Position numbers and translations under genes: made by a program. This document shows positions 52,401 to 63,809 of a stretch of 64,000 nucleotides of DNA, piece by piece. The stretch is from Raillietiella orientalis (Eukaryota). How positions within the stretch are numbered: position 1 is the stretch's first letter; each line of letters begins with the position of its first letter. Location of the stretch: positions 1,922,001 through 1,986,000 of the forward strand of contig JAYWIR010000027.1 of NCBI GenBank assembly GCA_036172245.1, written 5' to 3'. Under the pieces are notes generated by a model. The model had not been told where the DNA came from and searched no databases. It saw only the letters and a program-made list of their open reading frames with translations.

Positions 52401-54750
52401 CCGGAGCCCTTTCCGGCCGGGTCGTGGGAGCCGCTGCGCCATTGTCACGGCATCGGCCGGCAGAGGACGTTCCGGGTTGCGCGGTCTGCGCCCTCACTCC
52501 CGTGGCCGCGCGTTCGGGACGGAGGTCGAGAGGACGAGCAGGCCCGGGGAAGAAGGAGGGAGGGACGCGTCTCCAGGAGGGCGCGCGCGGAATCGCGGTC
52601 GGCCCTTTCCTCCCGCCCGTCCGGATCCCTGTGAGCCGGGAGAACCTGTGGGCCTTTCCAGGAAGGAGGGGCCTCCTGGGCGACCGGGATTCCCACGTGC
52701 CCCGGCTGGCCGGTACCGCCTCCGCGCACGGAAGAGGAAGGCGGCCGAAGGCGCGCCTCCTCCAGGAAGAGACGGTTGCCTAGCGACACTCCCGAGACAG
52801 GCGAGGAGCAGAGCGTTTCCGACGCCCCTTTTGCGATGGGCAGAATCGCCTCCGCTGCCGGGGGCGGAAGAGACGCGAAGGACCAGGGAGAGATGGCAGC
52901 CCTTTGCCCGAGTGCTGGGAGGGCGTCGCGGCAGGGCCCTCGCCCCTGGTCGAGCGAGCGTCAAACCGGACGAGGCTGATCCGGGAGGCAGGTGGCGTTC
53001 CCTCACCCTTCCAGTCGGCGAGGTCCTGTCCCCCCCCTCTTTTGGGGAGGAGACCCTCGCAGCGGCCCGGGGATCTCAAAGGGAAAGCGCGGGAATGCCC
53101 CAGGTGGTGTACCTGCGCGGAGGACCTTCAGCTGCTCCCGCCAGTCTGCGCGCTCCAGTTGGCGCGGCGAACTGACCAACGCCTCCCCCTTCGGCGGGAG
53201 CCACGTGAGCAGGGGGGTCTGGCAGGGAGGCAATCCAAGTCTCTTACTCCGCACAGAGCCATCTCTAAGCTGGTCCCAGAAGGACACCGGCGACCCTGCC
53301 GCCGCATCCCGCCACCCGCGTTGCCGGGAGACAACAGTGGCAGCACGGCGACGTTCCCCTCCCCCTCCTCCCTCTTCCCTCATCCGCCCCGTTAGCGTGC
53401 CCGAAGGATCCTCCTCCGAGGACCGCCGGGGGACGGGCATGGAGATCAGCCAACAGGCCGGACGGATCGACGCTCGTCCGGACGCGAACAGCACGCGGGC
53501 CGGGCGCTCGGACCCCGGCCGACCGACCTGCCTGCCCGTCATGATTCCAGATCAGGGGAGTCCCCATCAGGGAGCGAGCTCCTTGCGGAGCGAGCCTGGT
53601 ACCTTGGAGGAAGGACCAAGTCGCTCTCGAGCAGCCGCAAGACGCCGCCGACCCCCTCTGTCTGGCATGCGTTCGGTCTCGCCCCGCCCTGCGATCTCCG
53701 CTGTCCACCCGCCTCCCTCCAGAGTGGACTCGAGGGCGTGCCGAGGGACGCCCTATGGGAACCGGGGAAGATCCGGGTCCGGTCTGGAAGTCCTGGCAGC
53801 TCCTCCCTCCTCGTGCCTGGAGACGACTCCCGGTTGCCAAGACGGCGGTTCCGAGTCGCACCAGAGCAGCATGGGAACGATGTTGTCAGGCGACCGGAGG
53901 AAGGAAGGAAGGAAAGAAGGTGGCTTCTCCCGTCGCGTCCTGGGAGAAACGAACGCCTCAGACGGGTCGGGCTATTTGCCAGGGCGAACGCTCGGGGGGG
54001 AGGAAGAGGAGGAGGGAGAGGCCGCGCCGTAGGGCACGGGGAGGTGGGTAGGAAGAGGAGGGAAGGGGTAGGTAGGGGTAGAGGGCAGGTTCCCCTCTCT
54101 CGGAAGAGAGAATGATGGGTGGTGAGGCTCGGAGGGGCTCTCCTTCCCTCCCTACTCGGTAATCGCCTGCCATCGCCTGCTGCCCGCCTCCAGCAAGGGA
54201 GTCGAGAAACCCAGCGCAGAGGAGATCTGACCCGACCTTCAGTGGCCAAGGAGATTGCGCGGACAGGGCCGTCCTCCTTTCGACCTCCCGAAGGCAATGG
54301 TCGCGTTCGACATTCGACCTTCCTCCCTCTCCCTTTCCGCTCACTCTGAAGGCTTCCTGGAAGTCTCTCTCTGGCCAGCCTTCCTAGTACCTTCCTGAGC
54401 CATACATACTCCTCAGGCAGGGTCACGTGCGGGGATCGTCCTCGAGCATCTTCGTCCCTTTTTATTGCGCTCGCGTGCGCACTTTCTGGGGTTAGAAAGG
54501 GGCGCTGACTTCTGCTGTCGGGGCCGCCGCCGCCCTGGAGCATCTTTGCTGCATCGGCTCGCTGACCGGTCTCGCGGGAGAGGACCCCTGGCGGGGTCCC
54601 TCGTGCCTCCGGGAACTCCTCCTCCTCCTTCCTCTTCCCCGGGACGCAGCAGGATCCCGGGATCGGCTCTCTGGCGGGTGTACGGCTGCTCCTCGATAAG
54701 TCCGGGATGGGATGGGAGGGGACACCGGGTGACCTCCACGTCTGCGCGCT
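49500..54750 (-). mobile_element. Near full-length but decayed L1/Tx1-like LINE starting just after the adenylyl cyclase stop codon
   Basis: ORF1-like TLPEEYVWLRKVLGR..RLPCWRRAAGDGRRLP (53539..54543); LFLEEARL, GHVGIPV, RDPDGR, TYG(D)F (endonuclease); DQPLEEGDF, RELKFPDPSPIL; RERVHKLEGLCPLWRHSALPT (post-RT). Interrupted by low-complexity DNA at ~50600-51100. Confidence 0.6.
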
Positions 54751-54816
54751 GGCGTCTTCTCAACCGAAGGCAGGAGGGAGGGGGGGCTGGGTGAGAGAGT
54801 GGGGGGATTGGCGGCC

Positions 54817-57800
54817 CTAGATGGGGCGTATCCTGAAGAGGGAGAAGATGGAGCTGACTCGGCCAGAGATGGAGCGATCCTTCGCCTTCAGCGGTTTCCT
54901 GGAGTCGCCGTTACCTTCGCCGGAGGGGCAGGTTGGGCAGTCAGCCGCGAGTGAGTTCAGTCGGTCGAACCCGGGCTTCAGTGAGTTCCGGCTTTTCTTC
55001 AGGGCCTCCGCTCCCGTGTCCACAAAGTACACGTTCGTCAGCCCCTTGCCCTTGATGTGGATGGTCCCCCGGAACTCGCAGGGGACGCCCTCTGCACTCA
55101 GGTGCTGTGCCTCGGTCTCCGACACCTAAACAGGGCCGCCATATCACAATATTGCCGGACCTTCTGCAGACCCAGCCCCCCCACCCCGCCTCGCTTTCGG
55201 GAGACAGCGAGAAGGAGGAAGGGAGGAAGAAGGAAGGAGGAGACCGCGCACGAAGGAGAAAAAGCGCGCACGCTCCATGCCTTGGGAACGCAAAGGATGG
55301 TCCCGGAGCGTTCCCAGAACCAGCCGGAAAATAGGCCGCGTTCCCCTTCCCCCCGCCCTCCCCTCGGGCAGACCACGAGAAGGGCTGCGAGGAGATGGCA
55401 GTCCTCCGAGCGGGGAGCAGCAGGGAGCCGTAGAGGAGACGGTCCAGTCGCTCCCCTCTCCTCCGTGCTCGCACGCACCCTATATGTCATAGAAGAAGAC
55501 CCGACGTACTACCTTCGGGAGGTCAGTGCCACTGTTCGGGGAACGCTGCCCCTTACCCCATCCCCCTTTCCAGATGCGAAGGAAGGGGGAAAGGGAAGGG
55601 AGGAACGGGCAAAGCGCGCGCGCGACCTTTTCAACCCGGAGTCCTTGAGTTGCGTCCGCTCACTCGCGACCGAACTCCGCAAACCCCGAGGGCTTATCCG
55701 CGTGTGGAGTGCCGGGAAGGGGGGGGCTCCGTGTTCCCTCCCTCCCCCTTGGAGCTGCCTGTTGGGTCCTGCTGGTTGGCCGAGCGAGACATCGAACTGC
55801 CCTCTACCGGGGTCATACAGCTGGTGGCGGAGCGCCAGCTCATCCTCTTCCGGAGGAGGAGGCTTCTCCTGCGTCCGTTGCTGCGGGCTGCGTCACCAGG
55901 AGCTTTCAGGGAGTGGGAGTCCGCCTTGGGGTGGGGAGGAAGGGTCCACGGAAGGAAACGGATTGCCCTGAACCATTGCGGGAGGCCCACGAGAGGGCAG
56001 GAGAGAGGCAGCACGTAGTTCCCTGGAGCGAAGAGGTTGTGTCAGCTTCCATGTCATGCCCGTCAGGAACACGAGCGCGCGTTCCTGGAAGACTCGGGAA
56101 GGTCTCGATGGGGACTCAAGAAGATCCGGTGAGAACTCGGCACGCGTCGCAGCTGCGTCCAAAGGGGAGGGAGGGGGAGGGAAGGAAACGGAGGAAAGAG
56201 AGGATGGGTGCTTTGCTAAGCGGGAAAACCCGTCACCACGGTTACCTGTATTTTCCCCACCTTTCCATTCGACTCCAGCCTGGATGCCATGTTCACTGTG
56301 TCACCCCATATGTCATAGAAGGGACTCTGCGTTCCTAAAATTCCTGCAATGACAGGACCGCAGGAGATACCTGAGGAAGGGGGGCAGGGGAGAGGGGAGA
56401 ATTCTCAAGGTCATCCGAGTGCTTCTCCCTCCCGACGTACCGACTTTCAGCTGGAGGCCGTAGTTGTATTTCACGTTGAAGCGGTCCAGCATCTTCATCA
56501 TCTGCATGGAGAATCCTATCAGCGTCAGCAGGTTCTGGGATTTCGTGTGCTGCTTGTCGGGGGAGGCACCGCCCGAGTCCCGGTCGCCCTGGGGATCCAA
56601 GGAAGCGATGGACAGGGAAGAGGAGTTGTCGCCGAGCTGCTTGGCGTCCAGGATGCGCAGCCCGCAGGCGGCCATGTAGGTGCTGCCGATCAGCTTGATC
56701 TTTTCGATTCCTTTGTACAAGGGGTCGTAGAGAAGCTGCGGCGTTTGCCAGCTCGTTAGCGGGAGAGGCGAGGCAAAAGAAAGAAAGAAAGAAAGAAGGG
56801 GAAGATGAGAAAGAGGAAGATCACACTACCAGGTCGAAGTCGCAGACGATCTCGTTGAGCAGATGCAGGCACCTGACGTCCTCGTCGGAGCAGTCGAACT
56901 CGTCGAAGAGGTTCTGTATGGAGGCGAACATGACGGCCACGTCGTCGAACGCCTCGTGGTACGAGTTCTTCACCTTCCCTTTCAGGTACAAATCGGCTGC
57001 GACCGCTTGCAGACCCGCTCGCTGCCTACATACCTACGTGGCTGGGCAGGATGTTCTCCAACAGGATCTTGCAGACGATCCTCGTCTCGTTCGTTTCCTG
57101 CTGCTGCTCGTTCAGCCTCCTCTTCCAGAGGCAGTTCAGTCGGAACAGGTACTCGCTCTGGAGAGGTGGTGGGGGTAAAATGGGAAAAAAAAAAAAATGG
57201 CGGTAGGGAGTCCGTGACCTCGGCATGCCTGTTCTGCATGCAATTTGGCAGCAGCCTCCCTTCCGCCTCCCCTTCCTGCACCTTCTTTTTTTCTCGCGCC
57301 ACCCGTCTGCGAAAACCCTTCCAACCCTTGAAGCTTGGATCTTTTCGGTTTCGGAAAGATCAGGGAAGGAGGAATCGTCTGGCGTGCCGCTGCCGGGCCG
57401 AAGAGGAGCGCCGGCGCCAAAGGAAGGCGGCCGGACGGCAGTGCGTGGAAGGCCAGCGCTGCGCCTCTGCGTTCGAGCGGCGCATCCGCTGCGGTTGCGG
57501 CCCGAATCCGTGGTCTCTGTCTGGCGCGTCCAGGAAACGGCGCGACGCACGAACCTCCTTCGCCCTACCCCCCCGTTCCACCCTTTCTCACTCTTGCACA
57601 CGGGCAGAAGGGGGCGCACACCCGGACTACGCGCTGCGGGCGATCGCTCTGGCTTGCTTGCCCTCCGCCGACCGCGGCAGCACCTCATCACCTCCGCCTT
57701 CTTTTCTGGAACCACTCTGCCGTGCGGAGGGACTCCTCCTTTAGATGAGTTCGCTCGCGGGAGCGTTTGGGGACCTTCGCGAATCTCCCGGGCGTTTCGA

Positions 57801-60800
57801 GAGGCATCTTTTACGCTGCCTTGTCGATGGCGCGCTTTTTCGTTCCGACCATCGCGACGCCCCCAGCAAAGAGCTGCGCGAAACCCTTGTTGATGGATGC
57901 AGTGCCCCCCCCCCCCTCCCCCAAAGCTCCAGAGGCCTTCCGACGACCACCGGAAAACGCGCGCCATTGTAAAGTCGACCTGCTGCTAACGAACGTTTGC
58001 CGCCGAGCCCGGAGATTTACTCGTTTCCAAGGAAGAGGCGTCGCAGCCGACCAATCGCAGAGATGCGCCTGTCACTTGTTGCCGGGGCGATGAAAAATCT
58101 CCCATTCGAAAGCGATGCTGTGCAATCATCCGAAGAGGGAACGGTGTTGTAACTCTCAGAAAATTACTCTTTGTTTTGAAACCTGCGAGGAAGCCGATTC
58201 CTCCCGCTCCGCTGCCACGGGGAGGATCGCGGCGAGCAAACAGGTGCGCGACTTTCCCGCGGGTTTGAGGCACTGCCGCCCCGGCTGCTGCTGCTGCTGC
58301 TGCTGCTGCTGTGCGGATCCGCGGGAGTTTCGCGCAAAAGCCATCTTTCGCGATGCCCGTCTCTCCCGCGCGCTCCCCCCTGCCCTCTCTCTCCTCGGCG
58401 AGCGGCATCCGTCGTCGTCCCTGCAAATCCTCGAGGATTTTGCAAATCGTAACGGCAAAGTCCGACTTCTCCACTCCTCTTCCCCCCCTCTCCTCCTCCC
58501 CCTCGGACGCGGCGACGGTGATAAGCAGCTGCATTTCCGGTTTGCACAATGCCGCGTCCGTCTTGAGCTTCGGAGAGACGGGCGAGCGCGCGCGCGCGTG
58601 CGCGGTCTGGTTGCAAAGGTCCTTGGACGCCTCCTCCCTCCCCCTCCTCTTTGCATTGCCGTCTTTGATGCGTTCCAAGGAAGGAGAATATTGAGAGGAA
58701 GGAAGGAAGGGAGGGAGGGAGGAGGAGGGGGAGGAAGGAAACGCCGGGGCGTCGTCGTGGCTCGGCAAAAACGGCTCACAGTGGAATTTCGTTCTTCGTC
58801 CGCTGCTGGACGAATCGATCAAACCTCACGGCTCGAAGGCTGCCGTTGCAAACTGATCTTTCAGTCGAACGGTTCCGTTTCGGCACGGAAGCACAGGAGC
58901 GCACGCGCACTCTTCCCACACCTGCGCGGCGGCTGGCCGAAGCTGCTTATCCCTGGAGATGCTATCTCGAGTTTTCGAGGGCGACCTCACAACAACAACA
59001 ACAACCCGCCCCCCTCCCTTCCCCCCTTCCCCCCTTCCCGCCACTTTTTCCCAATCGCGCGCCCTAGCCGAGGAACGCGCAGGACGCGCGCACGCCCCGG
59101 CGGCGGGGAGTGCAAAACCTCGTAGGTGGGGCGACTGTCCCTAAGCGGAAGCGACGGACGGAAGAGCACCGCCATGACCGCCAACACGCGCGCGTTCGCT
59201 CGAACGTGCGTGTGCTTTCCGTTTGCGCGTCCCTGCAGAGCTGCAGCAGCTGCTGATGCCGAATCGATTTGTCTTGCTGCTGGAGATTCCAGATGTTTCG
59301 AGTTCCTGGGCGCCCCGTGAGACGAGATGCGGGTGGGGGACTCGCATGGTCGATGCGAGCTCACACGAGCGCGGGGGACGCCGAATATTTTTAGCTGGCG
59401 GGAGAGAGAGGGAGAGAGAGGGATGAATCGGGAACTGGGCGAGAATTGCTGATCATCAGAGGAGCGCGGTCCTTATCTCCTAGGTTGCCGGCGACTTCGG
59501 ACGGCTGCGTGTCTCAGCTCGCCCGGTTTCCTGCTTCCTCCTCAGATGTCACGGATCCTTCGGCAAGGCCTCGGAGGACTGCAGGCAATCCTTCGTTTCC
59601 TCGAATCGCCCGTCGCACGCGCACGAGCTTCGCGGCCGGGTATAGCCCGCTGCCGCTGCGCACCAATCTTCTCGATCCCCTCATCCGGCTCAACCACAGG
59701 AGGGCTCTCGGCCTCCCGGCTGGCTGAGTTGGGGGTGGTCTCCTCCTTTCCCCACCTTCCCCCCTCCCCCCGAGACGGGACGTTAGAAACCGTCGACGGC
59801 ATTAGGGCGATCAACGGGGAGAAGGCGATCGTTCACCCGGAGGTCGTTCCAGCAGGGTGGACGATCCCGAACGGCCGCGCGCGTTCCGCCGCTCTCCCGG
59901 AATCCTCCCACAGTCCCTCCGTAGAAGGTAAAGAGGGCCCTCTTCTCTGCACCTCGAGGCGATCCCTTCCTCGAAGTCGCCACCCCTTCCTCCTCCCCCT
60001 CCTTCCAGGAGATGCATCCCGGTCCGCATGGGAAACGGTCGAGACCCTCGGTTGGCCGTTCTGGGAGCGCCGCCCCTCCCGCTGCCCGCCGTCTTCTTCG
60101 GAAGCACCCTGAGAGAGGCGGCTGCGAAGCTCAGGGCGTTCACGTGGGTCGCGGGAGCGGGGAGAAGCCGTAGCACTCGGTCCACGCGCTCCGAACCAAG
60201 AGACGCCGAGGAAGAGTGGACTTGGCGGCCGCCGAGATCTCGACAGTCCCTTTCTTGCGGCATGAGTTCGGCGTGGGGCACGCAGAAGCAGCGGCAGCCT
60301 CCGCGTCCGGCTGCCGAGGCGCGTCCCGCTTCCCCCAGACGCCGATTCCCAGCTGGCTCTTCGGTGGTGGAGGTCCCCCTTCGCTGCTTATGGGAAAACC
60401 GGCGAACTCTATGTTCCGGGGTCGGCGGAACCGGGGAGAAGCTGGAGGAGGGGGGAACGCCTTCCTCCCCGCGCACCCGCGCAGTCTTGCGTCCGAACAG
60501 CCCCCTCCCCGTCCCGAGAGCTTCCCCTTCGCGGTTCGACGCCCGCGCGCGCGCGTGCCCGGCCACAGCACGGAGACCGTCCCGGACCCCGCTCGATCCA
60601 GAACGGGCGACCCGAGGGGAGTGGTCGGGGAGGACGTGGCGAGGTCTGAGTCCGACTCTCCCTCGCCGGACACCCGGAGCGGCGGCGGCGGCGGGGGGAA
60701 GAAGCACGGCTGGGAGACGGTTGGAGCCCGGCTGGGTCCCTCTAGCGTGGGGAGGGGGCCACCTTCCCTCCTCACCTGCCTGTCGAAGAGATGGAAGATG

Positions 60801-63800
60801 ATGAAGATGTCCAGCATGAATATCACGTGGCTGAGGCTGAGGAGGCAGATCTCCTGGGACGGACCGGTCCAGTCGAAGTGGAACTCGAGAGGGCAGCTGA
60901 CCAGCGCCTTGAAGATGAAGGTGGCCACGCTGGAAGTCATGAAGACCAGCTTCAGCATGTAGTGGACGTGGTAGAAGACGAACATGCAGCTGAGAGCGAG
61001 GGTGCACATCACCCGGAAGAACTGAAAAAGGGGGCGGGGACGGGGCGAGTCGGATCCCTCCGCGGATCGTGGGGCAGCCCTCACCCGAAGGTCGTAGAGG
61101 CTGTCCTCGGCCTGGTACACGCATTCCTGGATGGACGGGAGGGAGGGGTCATGAGGTTGGGGCCTCTCTCTCTCGCGAGGGCGGGTGCCCTCCCCTCCCC
61201 CTCCCCTCCCCCTCCCCTCCCCCCTCCGTACCTTCGACAGGAGCACCTGGACGCCGAGCATGCTGCCCAGCAGGACGAACACCGCCGTCCTGAGGTGGGA
61301 CTCCTGGATGTGCGAGGACAGGGTCATCATCCATTTGGCGCAGGTCGACCCCGGCTGGCGGATGTCCTGCAGCTCCCGACGGGGGTCGTGGACGGCGTAC
61401 CACAGATACCGGAACCAGGCGAACGGGATGACCAGCGCCACAAGAGCCATCTGGGCGCATCCCACGAACAGGAAGGTGAGGTCTCTGCGAAGGAGCGGCC
61501 CGGGGAGGGTCAGGAGAGGGAGGCGACCCCCCGCCGCCGGGAGGCATCCGGGGCGCTGGCTATTACTCACTCCGGGAAGCCAAGGCGGGAGAGGACGGAC
61601 ATGCCCAGGAGGATCAGCAGGACGACCACCAGGTGCAGCTTGAAGAAGGGGTCAAAGCGGATGCTGCGGGGCGCCAGCCGGCCCTTGGAGGGCGTCAGCA
61701 GGAACGGATGGATGCTGCTCTTCCACTTCCACCTACTTCAGGGGAGGGTTGGGAGTGAACCCGTCCTTTCTTTCCGGGGCAGTCCCCCCGACCTCCACCC
61801 AGCTCCTCGCTGCGGGAGAGACGAGGGCCGGGATGCGGGAGGATCCCCGCCCTCCCTCGGGAAGGAGGCGCAAAGATCGTGGGCGCGCTAATGAGCCCTG
61901 CCTGGGAGGGGGGCAGCGAACGGAGGGGGAAGAGGAGCAGCGGCAGGACGGGGAGCTCTCTCGAAGGCTTCTCGTGAAGACGTGGGACTGCCTCTCCTAC
62001 CGGCCGGTCCGTCGTTCCGTCCGTCCGCCGCCGCCGGCCAGATTGAGAGGAGGAGAAGGAAGAGTCAGGCGCGCCCGTGCCCGGAGAAAAGGGGCCGCGC
62101 AGAGAAATAAGGGGGGGGAGTCGTCGTCAGCTTTCACCCTCTTCCCCTCCCCATCCTCGAGAGCAGCAAGCTCCTCCGCCTCCTTTCCAAGAGTTGCTTT
62201 GGTTTTCCAAGAGTTGCGCGGAGGTCACGTCTCCAGGGCGTGACCTCTGCGCGCGCCGCCGTACCTCTTGATGGAGAGCGGCAGCTCCGAGATCTCCTTC
62301 TCCAGTTGCACGTGCCGGAGCTGCATCATCCCCTTGTAATCGTTGATATCGGCCATGACGTTCACGGCTTTCCTCCTCTGCTGAACCTGCGTGTTCTCCA
62401 GGCCCGTCTGCAAGACACCGGAGGAAGGTGTCAGCGCCGGGTGACGATCTCAGAAGGCGGAGGGGGGAGGTCTGCCGGGCCGCGTCGGAGGAGAGCTCCC
62501 CCCCAGGAGGGGGAAGAGCAGACCCGCCTTTTCCGGGCGCTGCTGTGGCTGTCGGAAGGGGGGGGGGGGAACGGGGAAGGCGGATTTTCCTTTTCTTTCT
62601 GGGACGTGGGGGAGGGGAGAAGGGGGGGAGTTCCTGGCTCTCCCGAGGAGGGGCGGCTCGCGGAAGCTGCTGCGGAGACGGGGATTTGCCGAGCTTCTAC
62701 ACGTGGGGTGACCTGAGGTACCAGAGTGCAAGACGAGGGGGCGAGAGGAGAAGTGGGAGGAAGGGAGGGAGAGGAGGAGGAAAGAAGGTGGAGGTGGAAG
62801 GGAAGAGGAAGAGGAGGAGAAAGGAGGAAAGGAAAAAAGGAGCTGCTGCAATGAGGCAATCCTAGAACCTCCGAGGCCGGAGGGGAAGGTCAGAGCGGAA
62901 GGAGGCACTCCGGACCGTTCCGCTGCTTCCACCGCTTCCGGTTCCGCGGACCCCTCCTGGACGGGTGGTGCGAGGTTCCCCCGGGGACCTCCTCCCTCCA
63001 AGTGGAGTGGGATCGGAGAGTTGTCCCGTTGGTCTGCTGCTACTCACATTGTTGAACTTCTTCATGAAGGGCCTGGGGCTGATGTTGAACTTTGGCTGCA
63101 CGAGGAAGGTCTGCGCGCTGCTTTTCAGCAGCTCGTCGCTGGAGGAGGGGTTCCTGGCGATGAAGAAGAGCTCCCTGGAGTCCAGGTAGGCCTTGGTCTG
63201 TTCGCTGATGTGGAGGAACCTGGAAGACCAAGTCGGGAAGCGCCCCCGTCGACTCTCCGGGGAGTCGATCGCGCTCGCTTCCCCTTCTGAGGCTGCCGGG
63301 GGAGGAAGAAGGGGGACGAGCCGGTCCGCCGCGGTCGGGAGAGGGTCCTGCTCCTCCCGCTTCCCTCTCCGGGTCCTCCGCGGTCTCCGCGCCGCACCGC
63401 GCCGCAGTCATTACCCCGGGGATCCGGAAGACTCTAGGCGGCTCGCCATCTGGAAATCCTTGGACCACAGGTCGTGGTGCCACTTGCGGAGGCCGATGAC
63501 TCCGGAGAGGACGTTGCCCGTGTGGACGCCGATCCGCATGTCGATGTCCAGACGCAAGTTGTTCCTACGGCGGCGGCGACGGAGGAGGAGGAGGAGGAGG
63601 AGAAAAAAGGGGGAAGGGGGAGAGAAAAGGGAAGGGTAGCGTTCTAGCGGGGGGCGCCCCGGGGCTACTGACTGGACTTCCCGGATGATCTTGATCATGT
63701 CGATGCCCAGCTTGATGCAGTTCCTGGCGTGCTGCGCCACGGGTAGGGGCACGCCGCACACCGCGTAGTAGCTGTCGCCCACGATCTTGATGCGCCGGCA

Positions 63801-63809
63801 GCTGTTCTC
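54817..63809 (-). CDS. Membrane-bound class III adenylyl cyclase, 3' part (end of C1a, C1b, six-TM M2, C2a); 5' exons lie beyond the window
   Basis: Hand-spliced exons: 63673-63809, 63415-63564, 63048-63219, 62265-62407, 61571-61732, 61232-61484, 61085-61126, 60776-61021, 57034-57157, 56830-56996, 56441-56735, 56246-56370, 54817-55125 (TAG at 54819-54817). Total 2325 nt, in frame. Motifs: [92 protein letters not shown]...[23 protein letters not shown]. Six hydrophobic segments lie between C1 and C2. Confidence 0.96.
58284..58311 (+). repeat. (CTG)9 microsatellite, intronic
   Basis: Directly visible: nine CTG units at 58285-58311. Confidence 0.95.
59500..60600 (-). mobile_element. Degenerate L1/Tx1 RT fragment inside the 3.6-kb adenylyl cyclase intron
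   Basis: [37 protein letters not shown] (cf. LIPKKGD.RDL.NWRPISLL...ILA.RL), LRVNDRLL. Confidence 0.4.
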
